From contig JACPCX010000121.1 in assembly GCA_016184305.1 (NCBI GenBank), positions 1-38,684 on the forward strand: a stretch of DNA of 38,684 nt, given 5' to 3'. Positions within the stretch are counted from its first letter, which is position 1, and every line of letters starts with the position of its first letter. The notes beneath the pieces are model-generated. The model was not told the DNA's origin, made no database searches, and saw nothing but the letters and a program-made list of their open reading frames with translations. The translations under genes and the position numbers were made by a program. Below, one piece after another: positions 27,514 to 38,440 of this stretch. Source of the stretch: Candidatus Rokuibacteriota bacterium (lineage in GTDB: Bacteria; Methylomirabilota; Methylomirabilia; Rokubacteriales; CSP1-6).

Positions 27514-27612
27514 GGCGAGCCGAAGGACGCCCTGCGGCCTGAGGCGAGCGGAGACGGGAGTCCGGCGAGCGGAGCGAGGATCGCGTGTGAGCAAGCCGGG
27601 AGGCATGCCGCC

Positions 27613-27906
27613 ATGACCGAGCCGAAGCGCGTGGATGTGGAGATCCTCGGACAGCGCTACGCCATCCGCAGCGCCGCCCCGCCCGACTACGTGCGGCAGC
27701 TCGTCGACTACCTCGAGAGCCGCGTGAAGGAGATCCGTGGCGAGGCGGCAGGGCAGGATCCGGGGAAGTTTCTCGTGCTCGCGGCCCTCGACATCACCGA
27801 CGAGCTGTTCCGGCTACGCGACGATCGCACCCGGAGCGACGGCGACGCGAGCGCGCGCGTCGGCGCCCTGCTGAGGCTCCTGGAGTCGGTGGTCCCGCCG
27901 CGTTGA
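27613..27906 (+). CDS. zapA: Cell division protein ZapA
   Basis: VDVEILGQRYAIRS...VLAALDITDELF. Confidence 0.9.
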   Translation: MTEPKRVDVEILGQRYAIRSAAPPDYVRQLVDYLESRVKEIRGEAAGQDPGKFLVLAALDITDELFRLRDDRTRSDGDASARVGALLRLLESVVPPR

Positions 27907-27971
27907 CGCTCTGCGCGAGCGCCCGGCCACAATCCCCTTGACGGGATCGCGTCAGGGGAGGTACACAGAAG

Positions 27972-28147
27972 TTGCCCTGCGCTGTGCGTGATGTCGGGGG
28001 GAAGTTTCAACCTCGTTTCTACGCAGGACGCCGTACAGAGGGTGGTGCGCATGCCCCTTCGACAAGGGGAAGCCTGAAGCCCTCCTTTTGGCGCCCACCT
28101 GGTCATACCAGGTTCGAAACACCGTCGGCACACGGCAGAGGCGGGGC
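27972..28147 (+). ncRNA. ssrS: 6S RNA
   Basis: About 175-nt rod: 5' GCCCTGCGCTGTG pairs with 3' CACGGC...GCGGGGC, with an internal TTCAACC/GGTTCGAA pairing and a central bubble. Canonical zapA-ssrS-rny synteny. Ends approximate. Confidence 0.85.
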
Positions 28148-28204
28148 TGATGTGTTCACCCGGCACGGGTCCCCGGCCTGTCGGCCGCCCGGTCTCTCAC
28201 CAGG

Positions 28205-28456
28205 GGCGGGCACCCGGGCTGACGCCCGCCCGCCCCCGCCGGAATCACCCGGCAGGTTGATCTCCTAGGGCGATCTGAGCCGCCGTCAACCCAGGCGGGC
28301 ACCCGGGCTGACGCCCGCCCGCCCCCGCCGGAATCACCCGGCAGCTTGATCTCCTAGGGCGATCTGAGCCGCCGTCAACCCAGGCGGGCACCCGGGCTGA
28401 CACCCGCCCGCCCCCGCCGGAACCTCCCGCGCGGTCGATCTATTCCCCGATCTGAG
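28205..28456. repeat. 89-bp tandem repeat (two near-identical copies plus a degenerating third)
   Basis: Units start at 28205, 28294 and 28383. Copies 1 and 2 differ at one base. Each carries the hairpin GGCGGGC-N12-(G/A)CCCGCC. Confidence 0.9.
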
Positions 28457-28491
28457 TTGTGGTCTTCCCTGGGTTCTCTGCGGCCGTTTCG

Positions 28492-28570
28492 TTGACTTTT
28501 GCGGGGGCGCGCCCTATACTTTGGCAAATTTCGCGGCTATTTGCCGCGCGTTCCGAAGAGTGCACATAAT
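28492..28570 (+). promoter_or_regulatory. Tandem sigma70 promoters of the rny operon
   Basis: TTGACT-17-TATACT (28492-28520) and TTGCCG-18-CATAAT (28541-28570). Confidence 0.7.
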
Positions 28571-28603
28571 CCGTCCGGGGTGCCTCCCGGGGTGGAGAGA
28601 CAG

Positions 28604-30202
28604 ATGGATTTGATGCTCCTGCTGCTCCCCCTCGTTGCCATCCTCGCCTTTCTCGTCGGTTACCTGGGTCAGAAGATCACCACGGTCCGGACCATGGGCG
28701 ATGCCGAGACCCGCGCCCGGCGCATCATCGACGACGCCAAGCGCCACGTGGAGCAGGCCGCGCGCGAGGCCGAGGCCAAGGGCCGTGAGGTCGAGGCCAG
28801 GATCCGCGGCTCCGAGCTCGAGGCCAAGGAGGCCGCCCTCCGGGCGCGCTCCGAGTTCGAGCAGGAGACGCGCACCCGCCAGAAGGAGCTCCAGGAAGTC
28901 GAGCGCCGCGTCCTCCAGCAGGAGGAACAGCTGGGCCGCCGGCTTGACCAGATCGACCGGCGCGAGTCGGACGTCCAGGCGCGCGACCGCGCCCTGGCCG
29001 AGCGCGAGCGGCGCCTGGGCGAGACCGAAGCCCGCCTGGCCAACGCGCTGGAGGAGCACCGGCGGAAGCTCGAGGCCATCGCCGGACTCACGGCCGAGGA
29101 GGCCAGGCGCCAGCTCATGGCGCAGGTCGAGGTGGAGGCCCGCCGCGAGGCGCAGCTCCTCGTCATGCGGCTCGAGGAGGAGGCGCGCGAGACGGCCAAC
29201 ATGAAGGCCAAGGAGGTGCTGGCCACGACGATCCAGCGCCTCGCCCCCGACTACACGGTCGAGACCGCGGTCTCCATCGTGGATCTGCCCTCCGACGACA
29301 TGAAGGGGCGCATCATCGGCCGCGAGGGACGGAACATCCGCGCGCTCGAGCTGCACACCGGCGTCGACCTGATCGTGGACGACACGCCCGAGGCCGTGCT
29401 CATCTCCGCCTTCGACCCGTACCGCCGCGAGATCGCGCGCCTGGCGCTCCAGCGCCTGGTCGCGGATGGACGGATCCACCCGGCGCGCATCGAGGAAGTG
29501 GTGGAGAAGGTCAAGAAGGAGATGGAGGAGCACATCAAGGAGGAGGGCGAGAAGGCCTGCTTCGAGGTCGGGTTGCACGCGCTGCATCCCGAGCTGGTGA
29601 AGCTGGTCGGGCGCATGAAGTACCGGACCTCCTACGGCCAGAACTGTCTCCAGCACTCCAAGGAAGTGGCGTGGCTGGCGGGGATGATGGCCGCCGAGAT
29701 CAAGGTCGACGTCAAGCTCGCCAAGCGCATGGGGCTGCTGCACGACATCGGCAAGGCGCTCACCCACGAGCAGGAGGGGAGCCATCCGGAGCTGTCGCTC
29801 CAGGTGCTGACCAAGTACGGCGAGTCGGCGCAGGTCATCAACGCCGCCCTCTGCGGGCACGAGAACGTGGAGCCCGAGACCATCGAGGCTGTCCTCGTGG
29901 AGGCGGCCGACGGCATCTCGGCGGCGCGGCCCGGCGCGCGCCGGGACGTGCTCGAGAGCTACATCAAGCGGCTCGCCAAGCTCGAGGAGATCGCCATGTC
30001 CTACCGGGGCGTGGAGATGTGCTACGCGATCCAGGCCGGGCGCGAGCTGCGCATCATGACCAAGGCGGAGATGATCTCCGACCTCGACGCGCACCAGCTC
30101 GCCAAGGACATCTCCAAGCGCATCGAGGCCGAGATGCAGTACCCGGGGCACATCAAGGTCGTCGTGATCCGCGAGACGCGCGCGGTGGAGGTGGCCAAGT
30201 AA
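28604..30202 (+). CDS. rny: Ribonuclease Y
   Basis: N-terminal TM, coiled coil, KH domain ([14 protein letters not shown]) and HD domain ([17 protein letters not shown]). Confidence 0.97.
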   Translation: MDLMLLLLPLVAILAFLVGYLGQKITTVRTMGDAETRARRIIDDAKRHVEQAAREAEAKGREVEARIRGSELEAKEAALRARSEFEQETRTRQKELQEVERRVLQQEEQLGRRLDQIDRRESDVQARDRALAERERRLGETEARLANALEEHRRKLEAIAGLTAEEARRQLMAQVEVEARREAQLLVMRLEEEARETANMKAKEVLATTIQRLAPDYTVETAVSIVDLPSDDMKGRIIGREGRNIRALELHTGVDLIVDDTPEAVLISAFDPYRREIARLALQRLVADGRIHPARIEEVVEKVKKEMEEHIKEEGEKACFEVGLHALHPELVKLVGRMKYRTSYGQNCLQHSKEVAWLAGMMAAEIKVDVKLAKRMGLLHDIGKALTHEQEGSHPELSLQVLTKYGESAQVINAALCGHENVEPETIEAVLVEAADGISAARPGARRDVLESYIKRLAKLEEIAMSYRGVEMCYAIQAGRELRIMTKAEMISDLDAHQLAKDISKRIEAEMQYPGHIKVVVIRETRAVEVAK

Positions 30203-30204
30203 CC

Positions 30205-30999
30205 ATGTCGCGTCCCGTGACCGTCCTCTGTGTGGGCGACGTCTTCGGCGAGCCCGGGCGCAGGGCCGTCCAGACGCTCCTGCCCCGGCTCCGCAAGCAG
30301 TACGAGGTGGACCTGGCGATGGTGAATGTCGAGAACGCGGCGGCCGGCTTCGGCGTCACGCCGCTCATCGCCCGCACCTTCCTCGACCAGGGCGTGGATG
30401 TGATGACCTCCGGCAACCACATCTGGGATCGCAAGGAGGTCATCGGGTACATCGTCAAGGAGAACCTCCTGCTGCGCCCGGCGAACTACCCGCCGGGGAC
30501 GCCCGGCACGGGCTCCGTCGTCGTCAAGGCGGGGCCCCACAAGGTGGCCGTCCTCAACCTGATGGGCCGCGTGTTCCTGCCGCACCTCGATTGCCCGTTC
30601 CGGAAGGCGGACGAGGAGATCCCGCGGCTGCGCCAGGACACGCCGATCATCGTCGTGGACATGCACTCCGAGGCGACCTCCGAGTCGCAGGCCATGGGAT
30701 GGTACCTCGACGGGCGGGTGAGCGCGGTGGTCGGGACCCACCGGCACGTGCAGACGGCCGACGAGCGCTTGCTCCCCCAGGGGACCGCGTTCATCACCGA
30801 CCTCGGCATGACGGGCCCGGTGGACTCCGTGATCGGCGTCGAGCCCGAGCTGGCCATCAGCCGCTTCCTCACTCAGATGCCGAACAAGTTCGAGCCCGCC
30901 AAGGGGCCCGCCGCGCTCCACGGCGCGGTGATCCGCATCGATCCGGACACCGGCCGGGCCCTGTCCATCGAACGCCTCCGTGTTCCGCTCCCCGCCTGA
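30205..30999 (+). CDS. ymdB: YmdB/TIGR00282 metallophosphoesterase
   Basis: GDVFG, NVENAAAG, SGNHIWD, DMHSEATSE, GTHRHVQTAD and TDLGMTGP; follows rny. Confidence 0.93.
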   Translation: MSRPVTVLCVGDVFGEPGRRAVQTLLPRLRKQYEVDLAMVNVENAAAGFGVTPLIARTFLDQGVDVMTSGNHIWDRKEVIGYIVKENLLLRPANYPPGTPGTGSVVVKAGPHKVAVLNLMGRVFLPHLDCPFRKADEEIPRLRQDTPIIVVDMHSEATSESQAMGWYLDGRVSAVVGTHRHVQTADERLLPQGTAFITDLGMTGPVDSVIGVEPELAISRFLTQMPNKFEPAKGPAALHGAVIRIDPDTGRALSIERLRVPLPA

Positions 31000-31010
31000 C
31001 CCCCCGCCCC

Positions 31011-31865
31011 GTGCAGATCCTGGACGGCAAGGCGGTTGCGGCGACGGTGTTGGCCGGAGTCAAGGCCGGCGTCGCCGATCTCGTGGGGCGCACGGGCGTC
31101 ACGCCGACGCTGGCCGTGATCCTGGTGGGCGACTTCGCCCCGTCGAAGATCTACGTGCGCAACAAGAAGAAGGCGGCGGGCGAGGTCGGCATCGCCTCGC
31201 GCGACTTCCTCTACCCCGAGGGGTGCTCGCGCGAGACGCTGCTCGAGACGATCGCCGCCATCAACCGCGACCCGGCCGTCCACGGCATCCTGCTCCAGCT
31301 CCCGCTGCCTGCGGGTCTCGACGAGGACGAGGCCATCACCGCCATCGCGCCCGAGAAGGACGCCGACGGCCTGCACCCCATGAACCTCGGCCGGCTCCTG
31401 GCGGGCGCCCCCGGCATGGTGCCGTGCACGCCGGCCGGCTGCCTCGAGATCCTCGACCGGCACGGCGTGGAGCTCAAGGGCGCCGACGCCGTCGTCGTGG
31501 GCCGCTCGCGCCTCGTGGGCAAGCCGCTCGCCCAGCTCCTCCTCGCCCGGCATGCCACCGTGACCATGTGCCACACGCGGACCCGCGATCTCGCGGCCCA
31601 CTGCCGCCGCGCCGACGTGCTCTGCGTGGCGGCCGGGCGAGCGGGGGTCATCACCGGCGACATGATCAAGGAGGGCGTCGTCATCATCGACGTCGGCATC
31701 AACCGCCTCGAGTCCGGCACGCTGGTGGGTGACGTGGACTTCGCCTCCGCGAGCCACAAGGCGCGCGCCATCACGCCCGTGCCCGGCGGCGTCGGGCCCA
31801 CGACCGTCGCCATGCTCATGCGCAACACGCTCCTCGCCGCCCAACGCCAGACGTCGTCCCGGTGA
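31011..31865 (+). CDS. folD: Methylenetetrahydrofolate dehydrogenase/cyclohydrolase
   Basis: ILDGKAVA, YVRNK, GILLQLPLP, PCTPAG and ITPVPGGVGPTT. Confidence 0.96.
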   Translation: MQILDGKAVAATVLAGVKAGVADLVGRTGVTPTLAVILVGDFAPSKIYVRNKKKAAGEVGIASRDFLYPEGCSRETLLETIAAINRDPAVHGILLQLPLPAGLDEDEAITAIAPEKDADGLHPMNLGRLLAGAPGMVPCTPAGCLEILDRHGVELKGADAVVVGRSRLVGKPLAQLLLARHATVTMCHTRTRDLAAHCRRADVLCVAAGRAGVITGDMIKEGVVIIDVGINRLESGTLVGDVDFASASHKARAITPVPGGVGPTTVAMLMRNTLLAAQRQTSSR

Positions 31866-31874
31866 GCGCGGGCC

Positions 31875-33230
31875 GTGAGTGAGCGGGCGGTCTTCACCGT
31901 CTCCGAGCTGACCGCGCGGATCAAGACGCAGCTCGAGGAGGGCTTCCCCGCCGTCTGGGTGGAGGGGGAGATCTCCAACTTGCGCCTCCCGGCCTCGGGC
32001 CACGCCTACTTCACGCTGAAGGACGAGGGCGCCCAGCTCCGCGCCGTGCTCTTCAGGGGTCGCGGGCGGCGGGTGCGCTTCGACCTCGAGGACGGGCTCC
32101 AGGTGCTGGCCTTCGGAGGGCTCGATGTCTACGCCGCCCGCGGGGAGTACCAGCTGGTGGTGGAGCTGATGGAGCCCAAGGGCCTCGGGGCGCTTCAGCT
32201 CGCCTTCGAGCAGCTCAAGCGCAAGCTCGAGGCCGAGGGACTCTTCGATCCCGCGCGCAAGCGCCCGTTGCCGCCCTTCCCGCGCACCATCGGCATCGTC
32301 ACCTCGCCCAGCGGCGCCGCCATCCGCGACATGCTCAACATCATCGGCCGCCGCTTCGCCGATGTGCACATCCTCGTGGCCCCCGTGCGCGTGCAGGGGG
32401 ACGAGGCGCCCGGGGAAATCGTGGCGGCCTTGCGGATGCTCGCCGAGGTGCCGGGGCTCGACGTGGTGATCGTCGGTCGCGGCGGCGGCTCGATCGAGGA
32501 CCTGTGGGCGTTCAACGACGAGCGCGTCGCCCGCGCCATCGCCGCCTGCCCGGTCCCGGTCATCTCCGCCGTGGGGCACGAGACGGATGTCACCATCGCC
32601 GACTTCGTGGCCGATCTCCGGGCGCCCACGCCCTCGGGCGCGGCCGAGCTCGTGGTGCGGGAGAAGCTCGAGGTGGTCCGCTCCGTCACGGACGGCTACG
32701 CCCGGCTCAAGGCGGCCATGGCGGGACAGATGGAGCGTCGCCGCGAGCGCGTGGAGTTCCTCGCGCGCCGGCGGGTCCTCACCGATCCCACGCGCCCGCT
32801 CCGCGACCTCAACCGCCGCGTGGACGACCTCGGGTTGCGCCTGCGCGCCGCCGCGCGGGCGAGCCACCGGCACGTTGCGCACCGGGTGGAGCTGGCGACA
32901 AACGCCTTGAGTTCGCTGCACCCATTGGCTAGGATTTCTCACGGCGCCGCCGTGCTCGCCCAGCTCCGCGGGCGGCTTGCCTCGTCCGCGTCTCACCGGG
33001 CGGAGGTCTCGCGGCACCGCCTCGCCACGGCGGTGGGGCGGCTCGGGAGCCTCTCGCCGCTGGCCGTGCTCGGCCGGGGCTACAGCCTGACGCGGCTCCA
33101 CTCCGGGATGGTGGTGCGGAGTGCCGGGCAGGTCCACCCGGGCGATGCCGTCGAGATCCTGCTGGCCCAGGGCGCGCTCGGCGCGCGCGTCACGGAGGTG
33201 AAGGAGCGAGATGAGCGACATCAAGTTTGA
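31875..33230 (+). CDS. xseA: Exodeoxyribonuclease VII large subunit
   Basis: WVEGEISN, GRGGGSIEDLWAFNDE, SAVGHETD and RAPTPS. Confidence 0.97.
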   Translation: MSERAVFTVSELTARIKTQLEEGFPAVWVEGEISNLRLPASGHAYFTLKDEGAQLRAVLFRGRGRRVRFDLEDGLQVLAFGGLDVYAARGEYQLVVELMEPKGLGALQLAFEQLKRKLEAEGLFDPARKRPLPPFPRTIGIVTSPSGAAIRDMLNIIGRRFADVHILVAPVRVQGDEAPGEIVAALRMLAEVPGLDVVIVGRGGGSIEDLWAFNDERVARAIAACPVPVISAVGHETDVTIADFVADLRAPTPSGAAELVVREKLEVVRSVTDGYARLKAAMAGQMERRRERVEFLARRRVLTDPTRPLRDLNRRVDDLGLRLRAAARASHRHVAHRVELATNALSSLHPLARISHGAAVLAQLRGRLASSASHRAEVSRHRLATAVGRLGSLSPLAVLGRGYSLTRLHSGMVVRSAGQVHPGDAVEILLAQGALGARVTEVKERDERHQV

Positions 33231-33450
33231 GGAAGCGCTCCAGCGGCTCGAGCAGATCGTGGACACGCTCGAGGCGGGGGACCTGCCGCTGGAGGAGTCG
33301 CTCAAGGCCTTCGAGGACGGGGTGGGGCTCGCCCGTCGCTGCGCGAAGTACCTCGAGGAAGCCGAGAAGCGCATCGAGCTCTTGACCCGGGACGAGTCCG
33401 GGCTGCTCAAGACCGAGCCCCTCGCCTGGGACGAGGGCGCGTCGCAGTGA
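33211..33450 (+). CDS. xseB: Exodeoxyribonuclease VII small subunit
   Basis: FEEALQRLEQIVDTLEAGDLPLEESL. Confidence 0.95.
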   Translation: MSDIKFEEALQRLEQIVDTLEAGDLPLEESLKAFEDGVGLARRCAKYLEEAEKRIELLTRDESGLLKTEPLAWDEGASQ

Positions 33451-34340
33451 GCCTCGACGTCCACGCCTACATGAAGGAGCGAACCCGCGCCGTGGACGAG
33501 GCCCTGGAGCGCTCCCTGGCGCCTGAGACGGCGCCGCCCGAGACGGTTCACAGGGCCATGCGCTACAGTGTCTTCGCGGGGGGCAAGCGGCTGCGTCCGG
33601 TGCTCGTCATCGCCGGTGCGGAGGCGGTGGGCGGCGCCATGGACGACGTGATGCCCACCGCCTGTGCCATGGAGCTGATCCATACCTACTCGCTCGTGCA
33701 CGACGATCTCCCTGCCATGGATGATGACGACTTCCGCCGGGGCCGCCCCACCAGTCACAAGGTGTTCGGCGACGCCATGGCCATCCTGGCGGGTGACGGT
33801 CTCCTGACCCTGGCCTTCCGCCTGCTCGCCGAGAATCTCAGGCCCGGCATGGACGGCCGCGTGCTGCGGGACGTGCTCGTCGAGGTCGCCGAGGCCGCCG
33901 GCACGGGCGGCATGGTGGGCGGCCAGGTGGCCGATCTCGAGGCCGAGGGCCGGCAAGTGACACCCGAGGCGCTCGACTACATCCACCTCCACAAGACGGC
34001 GGCCCTGATCCGCGCCTCGATCCGGTCGGGCGCCGCGCTGTGCGGCGCCAACCCGGCCCAGCTGCAGGCCCTCGCGGTGGCGGGGACGAGCCTCGGGCTC
34101 GCGTTCCAGATCGTGGACGACATCCTGGATGTGACCGGCACCACCGAGCAGCTCGGCAAGACGGCGGGAAAGGACCAGGTCCAGCAGAAGGCGACCTACC
34201 CGGCGATCCACGGCCTCACGGCCTCGCGCGCGCGCGCCGAAGCGCTGATGGCCGAGGCCCTCGGCGCGCTTCAGCCCTTCGGCCCGCCGGCCGAGCCCCT
34301 CCGGGCGCTGGGCCGGTTCATCCTCGACAGAAAGGCCTGA
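33447..34340 (+). CDS. ispA: Polyprenyl (farnesyl/geranylgeranyl) diphosphate synthase
   Basis: GGKRLRP, HDDLPAMDDDDFRRG, FQIVDDILD and GKTAGKD. Confidence 0.93.
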   Translation: MSLDVHAYMKERTRAVDEALERSLAPETAPPETVHRAMRYSVFAGGKRLRPVLVIAGAEAVGGAMDDVMPTACAMELIHTYSLVHDDLPAMDDDDFRRGRPTSHKVFGDAMAILAGDGLLTLAFRLLAENLRPGMDGRVLRDVLVEVAEAAGTGGMVGGQVADLEAEGRQVTPEALDYIHLHKTAALIRASIRSGAALCGANPAQLQALAVAGTSLGLAFQIVDDILDVTGTTEQLGKTAGKDQVQQKATYPAIHGLTASRARAEALMAEALGALQPFGPPAEPLRALGRFILDRKA

Positions 34341-35905
<1,565 letters not shown>

Positions 35906-35914
35906 GTCCACGTC

Positions 35915-37444
35915 ATGGAGCTCCTGATCCCCGCGTTCTTCCTCATCGCGCTCGGCTTCAACATCCGGGCGGCGTTCAAGCTCTCGCTGGACTGGAGGGG
36001 CATGCTCACCACGGTGGGCTTCGTGCGCGAGGCGTATGCCCGACTCGGCGACCTGCCCAGCGAGGAGTCGCTCGAGCGCCACCCCGCGGCTCCTGTGTTC
36101 CTGCACGTCGTGCCTGCCTACCAGGAGCCCGACATCGCGGGCACCGTGGGCGCGCTCGTCGCCTCCCGCTACCCTCACGGGCGCCTGCATGTGGTGGTCG
36201 TCACCAAGGACGAGGAAGAGCGGAACCCGCACCCGGCCATGGGGGTGAGCACCGGCGAGCTGGTGCGGCGGTTCCGCGACACCCTGCCGCCCTATCAGCA
36301 AAAGTGCCTCTGGCATCTGGCCATGCCCGGGGCCGGGCGCAAGGCGCATCAGCTCAACTGGGCGCTGCGCACGGAGGCGCTGCGGGAGATCCTCGGCGAG
36401 GACATGGCTCCGGAGCGGGTCTTCGTGGGCGTGAGCGACGCCGACTCCATCCCGGATCCGGACACCTACCGGTGGATCGCGCAGCACGAGCGATGCTCGG
36501 CGGGGGCGCTGGCCTATCAGGGCGTGACGCTCTCCCTCGCCAATTACGACCGGCTCGGCATCCGCGGGAAGATCTGCGCCATCCAGCAGTCGTCGATCTT
36601 CATCCGCGTCTCCATCGCGCGGCTCATCAACGAGGTCAAGCGCGTGCGCCTCTTCGCCCGGCTCAGCGCGCGGTTCCCGCGGCTCGGCGGCGTCCTGCGC
36701 CCGGGCTTCGAGCTCTGCTTCCGCCGCTCGCAGATCTGCCTCGGCCACAACCAGTTCGTCCGCCTCGACGTTCTCCAGTCTCTCGGCGGCTTCCCGACCG
36801 CCGGCGCCACCGAGGATTCCACCCTCGGCTATGCCCTCGGCCGGCGCGGCATCCTGATCCAGGCCCTGCCCATGGTGGAGCTGACCGACCTGCCCGAGAC
36901 CTCCGAGAAGGTGATTCGCCAGAACGCCCGCTGGTACCTCGGCGTGCTGGACGACATCCCGTTCCTGCGCCGCGCCTGGCGCGAGGAGCCGACCCCGTTC
37001 AACCTGGCCCAGCTCGTGCGCCACGTGGGCAACAAGGTCATCGAATGGCCCATCGCGGCCCTGGTCTATCCCGTGACCGGCTGGCTCGGCTGGTACCTGG
37101 CCTACTGGTACCGCGACGAGTACCCGGTGCTCTTCTATGTGGCCGTCGGCGCGCCGACGCTGTCGCTGCTGCTGACCATCTGGGTGGGCGGGATCGTGAC
37201 GCAGACCCTGATCGAGGAGCTGCACCCCTACCTGCCACGGCGCGTGGACCTCCACCGGAAGAGCCTCAAGGAGAAGTTCCTCGGCACCTTCCGCTGCCAG
37301 ACCTACTGGCTCCTCGCGACGCGCGCGGCCTGGCGCGTCCTCTGGGCGCTCTGGCGGACGGGGCGCTACAAGGCCGCCAAGACCGACCGCGTGTCGCGAC
37401 GGGCGCCAGGTCCCCCTGTCCCCTCGGGGGAGAGGGCAAGGTGA
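35915..37444 (+). CDS. Membrane GT2 glycosyltransferase (processive-type motifs)
   Basis: VVPAYQE, KAHQLN, DADS, TED and QNARW (QxxRW), with flanking TM helices. Confidence 0.85.
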   Translation: MELLIPAFFLIALGFNIRAAFKLSLDWRGMLTTVGFVREAYARLGDLPSEESLERHPAAPVFLHVVPAYQEPDIAGTVGALVASRYPHGRLHVVVVTKDEEERNPHPAMGVSTGELVRRFRDTLPPYQQKCLWHLAMPGAGRKAHQLNWALRTEALREILGEDMAPERVFVGVSDADSIPDPDTYRWIAQHERCSAGALAYQGVTLSLANYDRLGIRGKICAIQQSSIFIRVSIARLINEVKRVRLFARLSARFPRLGGVLRPGFELCFRRSQICLGHNQFVRLDVLQSLGGFPTAGATEDSTLGYALGRRGILIQALPMVELTDLPETSEKVIRQNARWYLGVLDDIPFLRRAWREEPTPFNLAQLVRHVGNKVIEWPIAALVYPVTGWLGWYLAYWYRDEYPVLFYVAVGAPTLSLLLTIWVGGIVTQTLIEELHPYLPRRVDLHRKSLKEKFLGTFRCQTYWLLATRAAWRVLWALWRTGRYKAAKTDRVSRRAPGPPVPSGERAR

Positions 37445-37485
37445 GCCGGGAATCCCTCTCCCCCTTGGGGAGAGGGCAGGGTGAG
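37414..37485. repeat. Two tandem REP-like palindromes
   Basis: CCCTGTCCCCTCGGGGGAGAGGGCAAGGTGAG and CCCTCTCCCCCTTGGGGAGAGGGCAGGGTGAG, 40 bp apart. Confidence 0.8.
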
Positions 37486-37501
37486 GGGCCCTGGGCCGAA
37501 A

Positions 37502-37531
37502 TTGACACGCCGGGAACTCGGCGACTATAGT
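37502..37531 (+). promoter_or_regulatory. Sigma70 promoter of MNT-HEPN
   Basis: TTGACA-18 nt-TATAGT. Confidence 0.7.
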
Positions 37532-37544
37532 TGGCCGTAACCCG

Positions 37545-37889
37545 GTGGATGCGACGACGATGCGCGCGACTCTCAGCCACGATGCGGTCCTCACCGATTT
37601 CCTCCGGGCAATCGCCCCTGTCCGGTCCCGCATTGTGCAGCTGATCCTGTTCGGCTCGCGCGCCAGGCGGGACCATCGGACCGACTCGGACTACGATCTC
37701 CTGGTCGTGGTTCCCGGGAAGGATCCCGCCCTTCTCGACGTCCTGTACGACGCTGTGATGGACGTCCTGCTGGCTCACGGGCGCGTGGTATCGCTCAAGG
37801 TGCTCGAGGAGCGCGAGTACGAGCGCTTGCGCGCGCTGGGAACCCCCTTCATGAAGCGCGTTGCCGAGGAGGGGGTGGCCGTTGGATAG
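37545..37889 (+). CDS. Minimal nucleotidyltransferase (MNT) antitoxin
   Basis: LFGSRARRDHRTDSDYDLLVV (GS-X10-DxD). Start is either GTG 37545 or ATG 37560. Confidence 0.9.
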   Translation: MDATTMRATLSHDAVLTDFLRAIAPVRSRIVQLILFGSRARRDHRTDSDYDLLVVVPGKDPALLDVLYDAVMDVLLAHGRVVSLKVLEEREYERLRALGTPFMKRVAEEGVAVG

Positions 37890-38295
37890 GGCGCAGCGCG
37901 AGCTGGCGCACGGCTACCTGACCAAGGCGCGGGACAAGGCGCGCGTGGCGCGAGAGCTGTTCGGGAAGGACCACTGGGAGGATGCAGTGTCGCGGGCGTA
38001 CTATGCGGCGTACCATGCCGCCCAGGCCGCGCTGCTGACCGAAGGGCAGCGAGGGGAGACGCACCGGGGTGTGGTCCTGCTGTTCGGCTTGCTGCTCGTC
38101 AAGACCGGGAAGCTCGACAGGCGCTGGGGCAAGCTCCTCGCCAACCTCAAGGACGATCGCGAGGCGAGCGATTACGACGCCCTGTCGTTCATCGACGAGG
38201 CCACCGCCCGGCGGGCCCTCGAGGAGGCCGAGGAGTTCGTGGCCCATGTGGGGAGCTACGTCACCGGGTTGATGCGGGAAGAGCCAGCCGGCTGA
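37882..38295 (+). CDS. HEPN-domain protein (partner of MNT)
   Basis: AVSRAYYAAYHAAQAALL...THRGV...REASDY. TTG start overlaps the MNT stop, after GAGGAGG. Confidence 0.88.
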   Translation: MDRAQRELAHGYLTKARDKARVARELFGKDHWEDAVSRAYYAAYHAAQAALLTEGQRGETHRGVVLLFGLLLVKTGKLDRRWGKLLANLKDDREASDYDALSFIDEATARRALEEAEEFVAHVGSYVTGLMREEPAG

Positions 38296-38440
38296 GTCCG
38301 CCCGCCCCGCGTCCCGGAGGAGACCGACCCCAGACCGGGCTCTCGGGCGCGTTCGATCGTCACCGCCGGAGGTGCATGTCGCCGTGGTCACCGCCGCCAC
38401 GCGGGTCGCTCGTTCGAAGTAGGCCGCGAAAGGAGAATCG

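Noticed and set aside
28235..28249. CCCGCCGGAATCACC resembles the tRNA-Glu 3' end (possible att site)
   Set aside because: Short imperfect GC-rich match, no integrase, and core genes lie between the two sites.
28205..28456. CRISPR array
   Set aside because: Whole 89-bp units repeat with no unique spacers, and there are no cas genes in the window.
30873..34211. 1112-aa minus-strand ORF and similar long ORFs (14604-17786, 24815-27235, 20728-22665, 35417-37633)
   Set aside because: Antisense shadows of well-supported genes, expected in high-GC DNA.
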